Origin: Eledone cirrhosa
Lineage: Eukaryota
Length of the DNA: 64,000 nucleotides
Direction of reading: 5' to 3'
Assembly (NCBI GenBank): GCA_964016885.1
Contig: OZ024758.1
Coordinates: 25,916,001-25,980,000 of the forward strand
This document shows positions 11,901 through 26,900 of the stretch, piece by piece. The notes beneath the pieces were generated by a model. The model made no database searches. It was not told the DNA's origin and saw only the letters and a list, made by a program, of their open reading frames with translations. Numbering within the stretch: position 1 is the stretch's first letter; every line of letters starts with the position of its first letter. The translations under genes were made by a program, and so were the position numbers.

Positions 11901-14900
11901 ACTGGAAGCATGGTTTCTATGGCTAGATACCATTCCTAATACCAACCACTTTACAACATGTACTGGAAGCATGGTTTCTATGGCTAGATACCATTCCTAA
12001 TACCAACCACTTTACAGCATGGTTTCTATGGCTAGATACCATTCCTAATACCAACCACTTTACAACATGTACTGGAAGCATGGTTTCTATGGCTAGATAC
12101 CATTCCTAATACCAACCACTTTACAACATGTACTGGAAGCATGGTTTCTATGGCTAGATACCATTCCTAATACCAACCACTTTACAGCATGGTTTCTATG
12201 GCTAGATACCATTCCTAATACCAACCACTTTACAACATGTACTGGAAGCATGGTTTCTATGGCTAGATACCATTCCTAATACCAACCACTTTACAGCATG
12301 GTTTCTATGGCTAGATACCATTCCTAATACCAACCACTTTACAACATGTACTGGAAGCATGGTTTCTATGGCTAGATACCATTCCTAATACCAACCACTT
12401 TACAACATGTACTGGAAGCATGGTTTCTATGGCTAGATACCATTCCTAATACCAACCACTTTACAACATGTACTGGAAGCATGGTTTCTATGGCTAGATA
12501 CCATTCCTAATACCAACCACTTTACAGCATGGTTTCTATGGCTAGATACCATTCCTAATGCCAACCACTTTACAACATGTACTGGAAGCATGGTTTCTAT
12601 GGCTAGATACCATTCCTAATACCAACCACTTTACAGCATGGTTTCTATGGCTAGATACCATTCCTAATACCAACCACTTTACAACATGTACTGGAAGCAT
12701 GGTTTCTATGGCTAGATACCATTCCTAATACCAACCACTTTACAACATGTACTGGAAGCATGGTTTCTATGGCTAGATACCATTCCTAATACCAACCACT
12801 TTACAACATGTACTGGAAGCATGGTTTCTATGGCTAGATACCATTCCTAATACCAACCACTTTACAGCATGGTTTCTATGGCTAGATACCATTCCTAATG
12901 CCAACCACTTTACAACATGTACTGGAAGCATGGTTTCTATGGCTAGATACCATTCCTAATACCAACCACTTTACAACATGTACTGGAAGCATGGTTTCTA
13001 TGGCTAGATACCATTCCTAATACCAACCACTTTACAACATGTACTGGAAGCATGGTTTCTATGGCTAGATACCATTCCTAATACCAACCACTTTACAACA
13101 TGTACTGGAAGCATGGTTTCTATGGCTAGATACCATTCCTAATACCAACCACTTTACAACATGTACTGGAAGCATGGTTTCTATGGCTAGATACCATTCC
13201 TAATACCAACCACTTTACAGCATGGTTTCTATGGCTAGATACCATTCCTAATGCCAACCACTTTACAACATGTACTGGAAGCATGGTTTCTATGGCTAGA
13301 TACCATTCCTAATACCAACCACTTTACAGCATGGTTTCTATGGCTAGATACCATTCCTAATACCAACCACTTTACAACATGTACTGGAAGCATGGTTTCT
13401 ATGGCTAGATACCATTCCTAATACCAACCACTTTACAGCATGGTTTCTATGGCTAGATACCATTCCTAATGCCAACCACTTTACAACATGTACTGGAAGC
13501 ATGGTTTCTATGGCTAGATACCATTCCTAATACCAACCACTTTACAGCATGGTTTCTATGGCTAGATACCATTCCTAATGCCAACCACTTTACAACATGT
13601 ACTGGAAGCATGGTTTCTATGGCTAGATACCATTCCTAATACCAACCACTTTACAGCATGTACTGGAAGCATGGTTTCTATGGCTAGATACCATTCCTAA
13701 TACCAACCACTTTACAGCATGTACTGGAAGCATGGTTTCTATGGCTAGATACCATTCCTAATACCAACCACTTTACAACATGTACTGGAAGCATGGTTTC
13801 TATGGCTAGATACCATTCCTAATACCAACCACTTTACAACATGTACTGGAAGCATGGTTTCTATGGCTAGATACCATTCCTAATACCAACCACTTTACAA
13901 CATGTACTGGAAGCATGGTTTCTATGGCTAGATACCATTCCTAATACCAACCACTTTACAGCATGTACTGGAAGCATGGTTTCTATGGCTAGATACCATT
14001 CCTAATACCAACCACTTTACAACATGTACTGGAAGCATGGTTTCTATGGCTAGATACCATTCCTAATACCAACCAATTTACAGGATGTACTGGAAGCATG
14101 GTTTCTATGGCTAGATACCATTCCTAATACCAACCACTTTACAACATGTACTGGAAGCATGGTTTCTATGGCTAGATACCATTCCTAATACCAACCACTT
14201 TACAACATGTACTGGAAGCATGGTTTCTATGGCTAGATACCATTCCTAATACCAACCACTTTACAGCATGGTTTCTATGGCTAGATACCATTCCTAATAC
14301 CAACCACTTTACAACATGTACTGGAAGCATGGTTTCTATGGCTAGATACCATTCCTAATACCAACCACTTTACAACATGTACTGGAAGCATGGTTTCTAT
14401 GGCTAGATACCATTCCTAATACCAACCACTTTACAGCATGGTTTCTATGGCTAGATACCATTCCTAATACCAACCACTTTACAACATGTACTGGAAGCAT
14501 GGTTTCTATGGCTAGATACCATTCCTAATACCAACCACTTTACAACATGTACTGGAAGCATGGTTTCTATGGCTAGATACCATTCCTAATACCAACCACT
14601 TTACAGCATGGTTTCTATGGCTAGATACCATTCCTAATACCAACCACTTTATAACATGTACTGGAAGCATGGTTTCTATGGCTAGATACCATTCCTAATA
14701 CCAACCACTTTACAGCATGGTTTCTATGGCTAGATACCATTCCTAATACCAACCACTTTACAACATGTACTGGAAGCATGGTTTCTATGGCTAGATACCA
14801 TTCCTAATACCAACCACTTTACAACATGTACTGGAAGCATGGTTTCTATGGCTAGATACCATTCCTAATACCAACCACTTTACAACATGTACTGGAAGCA

Positions 14901-17900
14901 TGGTTTCTATGGCTAGATACCATTCCTAATACCAACCACTTTACAGCATGGTTTCTATGGCTAGATACCATTCCTAATGCCAACCACTTTACAACATGTA
15001 CTGGAAGCATGGTTTCTATGGCTAGATACCATTCCTAATACCAACCACTTTACAGCATGGTTTCTATGGCTAGATACCATTCCTAATACCAACCACTTTA
15101 CAACATGTACTGGAAGCATGGTTTCTATGGCTAGATACCATTCCTAATACCAACCACTTTACAACATGTACTGGAAGCATGGTTTCTATGGCTAGATACC
15201 ATTCCTAATACCAACCACTTTACAGGATGTACTGGAAGCATGGTTTCTATGGCTAGATACCATTCCTAATACCAACCACTTTACAGCATGGTTTTCTATG
15301 GCTAGATACCATTCCTAATGACAACCACTTTACAACATGTACTGGAAGCATGGTTTCTATGGCTAGATACCATTCCTAATACCAACCACTTTACAACATG
15401 TACTGGAAGCATGGTTTCTATGGCTAGATACCATTCCTAATACCAACCACTTTACAGGGGCATGGTTTCTATGGCTAGATACCATTCCTAATACCAACCA
15501 CTTTACAACATGTACTGGAAGCATGGTTTCTATGGCTAGATACCATTCCTAATACCAACCACTTTACAACATGTACTGGAAGCATGGTTTCTATGGCTAG
15601 ATACCATTCCTAATACCAACCACTTTACAACATGTACTGGAAGCATGGTTTCTATGGCTAGATACCATTCCTAATACCAACCACTTTACAGCATGGTTTC
15701 TATGGCTAGATACCATTCCTAATACCAACCACTTTACAACATGTACTGGAAGCATGGTTTCTATGGCTAGATACCATTCCTAATACCAACCACTTTAACA
15801 GCATGGTTTCTATGGCTAGATACCATTCCTAATACCAACCACTTTACAACATGTACTGGAAGCATGGTTTCTATGGCTAGATACCATTCCTAATACCAAC
15901 CACTTTACAGCATGGTTTCTATGGCTAGATACCATTCCTAATGCCAACCACTTTACAACATGTACTGGAAGCATGGTTTCTATGGCTAGATACCATTCCT
16001 AATACCAACCACTTTACAGCATGGTTTCTATGGCTAGATACCATTCCTAATGCCAACCACTTTACAACATGTACTGGAAGCATGGTTTCTATGGCTAGAT
16101 ACCATTCCTAATACCAACCACTTTACAGCATGGTTTCTATGGCTAGATACCATTCCTAATGCCAACCACTTTACAACATGTACTGGAAGCATGGTTTCTA
16201 TGGCTAGATACCATTCCTAATACCAACCACTTTACAGCATGGTTTCTATGGCTAGATTACCATTCCTAATGCCAACCACTTTACAACATGTACTGGAAGC
16301 ATGGTTTCTATGGCTAGATACCATTCCTAATACCAACCACTTTACAGCATGGTTTCTATGGCTAGATACCATTCCTAAATGCAACCACTTTACAACATGT
16401 ACTGGAAGCATGGTTTTCTATGGCTAGATACCATTCCTAATACCAACCACTTTACAGCATGGTTTCTATGGCTAGATACCATTCCTAATGCCAACCACTT
16501 TACAACATGTACTGGAAGCATGGTTTCTATGGCTAGATACCATTCCTAATACCAACCACTTTACAGCATGGTTTCTATGGCTAGATACCATTCCTAATGC
16601 CAACCACTTTACAACATGTACTGGAAGCATGGTTTCTATGGCTAGATACCATTCCTAATACCAACCACTTTACAGCATGGTTTCTATGGCTAGATACCAT
16701 TCCTAATGCCAACCACTTTACAACATGTACTGGAAGCATGGTTTCTATGGCTAGATACCATTCCTAATACCAACCACTTTACAACATGTACTGGAAGCAT
16801 GGTTTCTATGGCTAGATACCATTCCTAATACCAACCACTTTACAAGCATGGTTTCTATGGCTAGATACCATTCCTAATACCAACCACTTTGACAACATGT
16901 ACTGGAAGCATGGTTTCTATGGCTAGATACCATTCCTAATACCAACCACTTTACAAGCATGGTTTCTATGGCTAGATACCATTCCTAATACCAACCACTT
17001 TACAACATGTACTGGAAGCATGGTTTCTATGGCTAGATACCATTCCTAATACCAACACTTTACAAGGCATGGTTTCTATGGCTAGATACCATTCCTAATA
17101 CCAACCACTTTACAACATGTACTGGAAGCATGGTTTCTATGGCTAGATACCATTCCTAATACCAACCACTTTCACATCGAGCATGGTTTCTATGGCTAGA
17201 TACCATTCCTAATACCAACCACTTTACAACATGTACTGGAAGCATGGTTTCTATGGCTAGATACCATTCCTAATACCAACCAACTTTACAGCATGGTTTC
17301 TATGGCTAGATACCATTCCTAATACCAACCACTTTACAACATGTACTGGAAGCATGGTTTCTATGGCTAGATACCATTCCTAATACCAACCACTTTACAA
17401 CATGTACTGGAAGCATGGTTTCTATGGCTAGATACCATTCCTAATACCAACCACTTTACAGCATGGTTTCTATGGCTAGATACCATTCCTAATGCCAACC
17501 ACTTTACAACATGTACTGGAAGCATGGTTTCTATGGCTAGATACCATTCCTAATACCAACCACTTTACAACATGTACTGGAAGCATGGTTTCTATGGCTA
17601 GATTACCATTCCTAATACCAACCACTTTACAGCATGGTTTCTATGGCTAGATACCATTCCTAATGCCAACCACTTTACAACATGTACTGGAAGCATGGTT
17701 TCTATGGCTAGATACCATTCCTAATACCAACCACTTTACAGCATGGTTTCTATGGCTAGATACCATTCCTAATACCAACCACTTTACAGCATGGTTTCTA
17801 TGGCTAGATACCATTCCTAATGCCAACCACTTTACAACATGTACTGGAAGCATGGTTTCTATGGCTAGATACCATTCCTAATACCAACCACTTTACAGGA

Positions 17901-20900
17901 TGTACTGGAAGCATGGTTTCTATGGCTAGATACCATTCCTAATACCAACCACTTTACAACATGTACTGGAAGCATGGTTTCTATGGCTAGATACCATTCC
18001 TAATACCAACCACTTTACAACATGTACTGGAAGCATGGTTTCTATGGCTAGATACCATTCCTAATACCAACCACTTTACAACATGTACTGGAAGCATGGT
18101 TTCTATGGCTAGATACCATTCCTAATACCAACCACTTTACAACATGTACTGGAAGCATGGTTTCTATGGCTAGATACCATTCCTAATACCAACCACTTTA
18201 CAGCATGTACTGGAAGCATGGTTTCTATGGCTAGATACCATTCCTAATACCAACCACTTTACAACATGTACTGGAAGCATGGTTTCTATGGCTAGATACC
18301 ATTCCTAATACCAACCACTTTACAACATGTACTGGAAGCATGGTTTCTATGGCTAGATACCATTCCTAATACCAACCACTTTACAACATGTACTGGAAGC
18401 ATGGTTTCTATGGCTAGATACCATTCCTAATACCAACCACTTTACAACATGTACTGGAAGCATGGTTTCTATGGCTAGATACCATTCCTAATACCAACCA
18501 CTTTACAGCATGTACTGGAAGCATGGTTTCTATGGCTAGATACCATTCCTAATACCAACCACTTTACAACATGTACTGGAAGCATGGTTTCTATGGCTAG
18601 ATACCATTCCTAATACCAACCACTTTACAACATGTACTGGAAGCATGGTTTCTATGGCTAGATACCATTCCTAATGCTAACCACTTTACAACATGTACTG
18701 GAAGCATGGTTTCTATGGCTAGATACCATTCCTAATACCAACCACTTTACAACATGTACTGGAAGCATGGTTTCTATGGCTAGATACCATTCCTAATACC
18801 AACCACTTTACAACATGTACTGGAAGCATGGTTTCTATGGCTAGATACCATTCCTAATACCAACCACTTTACAACATGTACTGGAAGCATGGTTTCTATG
18901 GCTAGATACCATTCCTAATACCAACCACTTTACAACATGTACTGGAAGCATGGTTTCTATGGCTAGATACCATTCCTAATGCTAACCACTTTACAGGATG
19001 TACTGGAAGCATGGTTTCTATGGCTAGATACCATTCCTAATACCAACCACTTTACAGGATGTACTGGAAGCATGGTTTCTATGGCTAGATACCATTCCTA
19101 ATACCAACCACTTTACAACATGTACTGGAAGCATGGTTTCTATGGCTAGATACCATTCCTAATACCAACCACTTTACAACATGTACTGGAAGCATGGTTT
19201 CTATGGCTAGATACCATTCCTAATACCAACCACTTTACAACATGTACTGGAAGCATGGTTTCTATGGCTAGATACCATTCCTAATACCAACCACTTTACA
19301 ACATGTACTGGAAGCATGGTTTCTATGGCTAGATACCATTCCTAATACCAACCACTTTACAACATGTACTGGAAGCATGGTTTCTATGGCTAGATACCAT
19401 TCCTAATGCTAACCACTTTACAACATGTACTGGAAGCATGGTTTCTATGGCTAGATACCATTCCTAATACCAACCACTTTACAGGATGTACTGGAAGCAT
19501 GGTTTCTATGGCTAGATACCATTCCTAATACCAACCACTTTACAACATGTACTGGAAGCATGGTTTCTATGGCTAGATACCATTCCTAATGCTAACCACT
19601 TTACAACATGTACTGGAAGCATGGTTTCTATGGCTAGATACCATTCCTAATACCAACCACTTTACAACATGTACTGGAAGCATGGTTTCTATGGCTAGAT
19701 ACCATTCCTAATGCTAACCACTTTACAACATGTACTGGAAGCATGGTTTCTATGGCTAGATACCATTCCTAATACCAACCACTTTACAGGATGTACTGGA
19801 AGCATGGTTTCTATGGCTAGATACCATTCCTAATACCAACCACTTTACAACATGTACTGGAAGCATGGTTTCTATGGCTAGATACCATTCCTAATACCAA
19901 CCACTTTACAACATGTACTGGAAGCATGGTTTCTATGGCTAGATACCATTCCTAATGCTAACCACTTTACAACATGTACTGGAAGCATGGTTTCTATGGC
20001 TAGATACCATTCCTAATACCAACCACTTTACAGGATGTACTGGAAGCATGGTTTCTATGGCTAGATACCATTCCTAATACCAACCACTTTACAACATGTA
20101 CTGGAAGCATGGTTTCTATGGCTAGATACCATTCCTAATACCAACCACTTTACAACATGTACTGGAAGCATGGTTTCTATGGCTAGATACCATTCCTAAT
20201 GCTAACCACTTTACAACATGTACTGGAAGCATGGTTTCTATGGCTAGATACCATTCCTAATACCAACCACTTTACAGGATGTACTGGAAGCATGGTTTCT
20301 ATGGCTAGATACCATTCCTAATGCCAACCACTTTACAGGATGTACTGGAAGCATGGTTTCTATGGCTAGATACCATTCCTAATACCAACCACTTTACAGG
20401 ATGTACTGGAAGCATGGTTTCTATGGCTAGATACCATTCCTAATACCAACCACTTTACAACATGTACTGGAAGCATGGTTTCTATGGCTAGATACCATTA
20501 CTAATACCAACCACTTTACAGGATGTACTGGAAGCATGGTTTCTATGGCTAGATACCATTCCTAATACCAACCACTTTACAACATGTACTGGAAGCATGG
20601 TTTCTATGGCTAGATACCATTCCTAATACCAACCACTTTACAGGATGTACTGGAAGCATGGTTTCTATGGCTAGATACCATTCCTAATACCAACCACTTT
20701 ACAACATGTACTGGAAGCATGGTTTCTATGGCTAGATACCATTCCTAATGTCAACCACTTTACAGGATGTACTGGAAGCATGGTTTCTATGGCTAGATAC
20801 CATTCCTAATACCAACCACTTTACAACATGTACTGGAAGCATGGTTTCTATGGCCTGATACCATTCCTAATACCAACCACTTTACAACATGTACTGGAAG

Positions 20901-23900
20901 CATGGTTTCTATGGCTAGATACCATTCCTAATGTCAACCACTTTACAACATGTACTGGAAGCATGGCTAGATACCATTCCTAATGCCAACCACTTTACAA
21001 CATGTACTGGAAGCATGGTTTCTATGGCTAGATACCATTCCTAATACCAACCACTTTACAGGATGTACTGGAAGCATGGTTTCTATGGCTAGATACCATT
21101 CCTAATACCAACCACTTTACAACATGTACTGGAAGCATGGTTTCTATGGCCTGATACCATTCCTAATACCAACCACTTTACAACATGTACTGGAAGCATG
21201 GTTTCTATGGCTAGATACCATTCCTAATGTCAACCACTTTACAACATGTACTGGAAGCATGGCTAGATACCATTCCTAATGCCAACCACTTTACAACATG
21301 TACTGGAAGCATGGTTTCTATGGCTAGATACCATTCCTAATACCAACCACTTTACAACATGTACTGGAAGCATGGTTTCTATGGCTAGATACCATTCCTA
21401 ATACCAACCACTTTACAACATGTACTGGAAGCATGGTTTCTATGGCTAGATACCATTCCTAATACCAACCACTTTACAACATGTACTGGAAGCATGGTTT
21501 CTATGGCCTGATACCATTCCTAATACCAACCACTTTACAACATGTACTGGAAGCATGGTTTCTATGGCTAGATACCATTCCTAATGTCAACCACTTTACA
21601 ACATGTACTGGAAGCATGGTTTCTATGGCTAGATACCATTCCTAATGTCAACCACTTTACAACATGTACTGGAAGCATGGCTAGATACCATTCCTAATGC
21701 CAACCACTTTACAACATGTACTGGAAGCATGGTTTCTATGGCCTGATACCATTCCTAATGCCAACCACTTTACAACATGTACTGGAAGCATGGTTTCTAT
21801 GGCTAGACACCATTCCTAATACCAACCACTTTACAACATGTACTGGAAGCATGGTTTCTATGGCTAGATACCATTCCTAATACCAACCACTTTACAACAT
21901 GTACTGGAAGCATGGTTTCTATGGCTAGATACCATTCCTAATGTCAACCACTTTACAACATGTACTGGAAGCATGGTTTCTATGGCTAGATACCATTCCT
22001 AATGTCAACCACTTTACAACATGTACTGGAAGCATGGCTAGATACCATTCCTAATGCCAACCACTTTACAACATGTACTGGAAGCATGGTTTCTATGGCC
22101 TGATACCATTCCTAATGCCAACCACTTTACAACATGTACTGGAAGCATGGTTTCTATGGCTAGACACCATTCCTAATGCCAACCACTTTACAACATGTAC
22201 TGGAAGCATGGTTTCTATGGCCTGATACCATTCCTAATACCAACCACTTTACAACATGTACTGGAAGCATGGTTTCTATGGCTAGATACCATTCCTAATA
22301 CCAACCACTTTACAACATGTACTGGAAGCATGGTTTCTATGGCTAGATACCATTCCTAATACCAACCACTTTACAACATGTACTGGAAGCATGGTTTCTA
22401 TGGCTAGATACCATTCCTAATACCAACCACTTTACAACATGTACTGGAAGCATGGTTTCTATGGCTAGATACCATTCCTAATGCCAACCACTTTACAACA
22501 TGTACTGGAAGCATGGTTTCTATGGCTAGATACCATTCCTAATACCAACCACTTTACAACATGTACTGGAAGCATGGTTTCTATGGCTAGATACCATTCC
22601 TAATACCAACCACTTTACAACATGTACTGGAAGCATGGTTTCTATGGCTAGATACCATTCCTAATGCCAACCACTTTACAACATGTACTGGAAGCATGGT
22701 TTCTATGGCTAGATACCATTCCTAATACCAACCACTTTACAACATGTACTGGAAGCATGGTTTCTATGGCTAGATACCATTCCTAATACCAACCACTTTA
22801 CAACATGTACTGGAAGCATGGTTTCTATGGCTAGATACCATTCCTAATACCAACCACTTTACAACATGTACTGGAAGCATTGTTTCTATGGCTAGATACC
22901 ATTCCTAATGCCAACCACTTTACAACATGTACTGGAAGCATGGTTTCTATGGCCTGATACCATTCCTAATGCCAACCACTTTACAACATGTACTGGAAGC
23001 ATGGTTTCTATGGCTAGACACCATTCCTAATGCCAACCACTTTACAACATGTACTGGAAGCATGGTTTCTATGGCCTGATACCATTCCTAATACCAACCA
23101 CTTTACAACATGTACTGGAAGCATGGTTTCTATGGCTAGATACCATTCCTAATACCAACCACTTTACAACATGTACTGGAAGCATGGTTTCTATGGCTAG
23201 ATACCATTCCTAATACCAACCACTTTACAACATGTACTGGAAGCATGGTTTCTATGGCTAGACACCATTCCTAATGCCAACCACTTTACAACATGTACTG
23301 GAAGCATGGTTTCTATGGCTAGATACCATTCCTAATGCCAACCACTTTACAACATGTACTGGAAGCATGGTTTCTATGGCCTGATACCATTCCTAATGCC
23401 AACCACTTTACAACATGTACTGGAAGCATGGTTTCTATGGCTAGACACCATTCCTAATGCCAACCACTTTACAACATGTACTGGAAGCATGGTTTCTATG
23501 GCTAGATACCATTCCTAATACCAACCACTTTACAACATGTACTGGAAGCATGGTTTCTATGGCTAGATACCATTCCTAATACCAACCACTTTACAACATG
23601 TACTGGAAGCATGGTTTCTATGGCTAGATACCATTCCTAATACCAACCACTTTACAACATGTACTGGAAGCATGGTTTCTATGGCTAGATACCATTCCTA
23701 ATACCAACCACTTTACAACATGTACTGGAAGCATGGTTTCTATGGCTAGACACCATTCCTAATGCCAACCACTTTACAACATGTACTGGAAGCATGGTTT
23801 CTATGGCCTGATACCATTCCTAATACCAACCACTTTACAACATGTACTGGAAGCATGGTTTCTATGGCCTGATACCATTCCTAATACCAACCACTTTACA

Positions 23901-26900
23901 ACATGTACTGGAAGCATGGTTTCTATGGCTAGATACCATTCCTAATACCAACCACTTTACAACATGTACTGGAAGCATGGTTTCTATGGCTAGATACCAT
24001 TCCTAATGTCAACCACTTTACAACATGTACTGGAAGCATGGTTTCTATGGCTAGATACCATTCCTAATGTCAACCACTTTACAGCATGTACTGGAAGCAT
24101 GGTTTCTATGGCTAGATACCATTCCTAATACCAACCACTTTACAACATGTACTGGAAGCATGGTTTCTATGGCTAGATACCATTCCTAATACCAACCACT
24201 TTACAACATGTACTGGAAGCATGGTTTCTATGGCTAGATACCATTCCTAATGTCAACCACTTTACAACATGTACTGGAAGCATGGTTTCTATGGCTAGAT
24301 ACCATTCCTAATGTCAACCACTTTACAGCATGTACTGGAAGCATGGTTTCTATGGCTAGATACCATTCCTAATACCAACCACTTTACAACATGTACTGGA
24401 AGCATGGTTTCTATGGCTAGATACCATTCCTAATGTCAACCACTTTACAACATGTACTGGAAGCATGGTTTCTATGGCTAGATACCATTCCTAATGTCAA
24501 CCACTTTACAGCATGTACTGGAAGCATGGTTTCTATGGCTAGATACCATTCCTAATACCAACCACTTTACAACATGTACTGGAAGCATGGTTTCTATGGC
24601 TAGATACCATTCCTAATACCAACCACTTTACAACATGTACTGGAAGCATGGTTTCTATGGCTAGATACCATTCCTAATGTCAACCACTTTACAACATGTA
24701 CTGGAAGCATGGTTTCTATGGCTAGATACCATTCCTAATGTCAACCACTTTACAGCATGTACTGGAAGCATGGTTTCTATGGCTAGATACCATTCCTAAT
24801 ACCAACCACTTTACAACATGTACTGGAAGCATGGTTTCTATGGCTAGATACCATTCCTAATACCAACCACTTTACAACATGTACTGGAAGCATGGTTTCT
24901 ATGGCTAGATACCATTCCTAATGTCAACCACTTTACAACATGTACTGGAAGCATGGTTTCTATGGCTAGATACCATTCCTAATACCAACCACTTTACAGC
25001 ATGTACTGGAAGCATGGTTTCTATGGCTAGATACCATTCCTAATACCAACCACTTTACAACATGTACTGGAAGCATGGTTTCTATGGCTAGATACCATTC
25101 CTAATACCAACCACTTTACAACATGTACTGGAAGCATGGTTTCTATGGCTAGATACCATTCCTAATACCAACCACTTTACAGCATGTACTGGAAGCATGG
25201 TTTCTATGGCTAGATACCATTCCTAATACCAACCACTTTACAACATGTACTGGAAGCATGGTTTCTATGGCTAGATACCATTCCTAATACCAACCACTTT
25301 ACAACATGTACTGGAAGCATGGTTTCTATGGCTAGATACCATTCCTAATGTCAACCACTTTACAACATGTACTGGAAGCATGGTTTCTATGGCTAGATAC
25401 CATTCCTAATACCAACCACTTTACAACATGTACTGGAAGCATGGTTTCTATGGCTAGATACCATTCCTAATGTCAACCACTTTACAACATGTACTGGAAG
25501 CATGGTTTCTATGGCTAGATACCATTCCTAATACCAACCACTTTACAACATGTACTGGAAGCATGGTTTCTATGGCTAGATACCATTCCTAATGTCAACC
25601 ACTTTACAACATGTACTGGAAGCATGGTTTCTATGGCTAGATACCATTCCTAATGTCAACCACTTTACAACATGTACTGGAAGCATGGTTTCTATGGCTA
25701 GATACCATTCCTAATGTCAACCACTTTACAACATGTACTGGAAGCATGGTTTCTATGGCTAGATACCATTCCTAATACCAACCACTTTACAACATGTACT
25801 GGAAGCATGGTTTCTATGGCTAGATACCATTCCTAATACCAACCACTTTACAACATGTACTGGAAGCATGGTTTCTATGGCTAGATACCATTCCTAATAC
25901 CAACCACTTTACAACATGTACTGGAAGCATGGTTTCTATGGCTAGATACCATTCCTAATGTCAACCACTTTACAACATGTACTGGAAGCATGGTTTCTAT
26001 GGCTAGATACCATTCCTAATACCAACCACTTTACAGGATGTACTGGAAGCATGGTTTCTATGGCTAGATACCATTCCTAATGCCAACCACTTTACAGGAT
26101 GTACTGGAAGCATGGTTTCTATGGCTAGATACCATTCCTAATACCAACCACTTTACAGGATGTACTGGAAGCATGGTTTCTATGGCTAGATACCATTCCT
26201 AATACCAACCACTTTACAACATGTACTGGAAGCATGGTTTCTATGGCTAGATACCATTACTAATACCAACCACTTTACAGGATGTACTGGAAGCATGGTT
26301 TCTATGGCTAGATACCATTCCTAATACCAACCACTTTACAACATGTACTGGAAGCATGGTTTCTATGGCTAGATACCATTCCTAATACCAACCACTTTAC
26401 AGGATGTACTGGAAGCATGGTTTCTATGGCTAGATACCATTCCTAATACCAACCACTTTACAACATGTACTGGAAGCATGGTTTCTATGGCTAGATACCA
26501 TTCCTAATGTCAACCACTTTACAGGATGTACTGGAAGCATGGTTTCTATGGCTAGATACCATTCCTAATACCAACCACTTTACAACATGTACTGGAAGCA
26601 TGGTTTCTATGGCCTGATACCATTCCTAATACCAACCACTTTACAACATGTACTGGAAGCATGGTTTCTATGGCTAGATACCATTCCTAATGTCAACCAC
26701 TTTACAACATGTACTGGAAGCATGGCTAGATACCATTCCTAATGCCAACCACTTTACAACATGTACTGGAAGCATGGTTTCTATGGCTAGATACCATTCC
26801 TAATACCAACCACTTTACAGGATGTACTGGAAGCATGGTTTCTATGGCTAGATACCATTCCTAATACCAACCACTTTACAACATGTACTGGAAGCATGGT

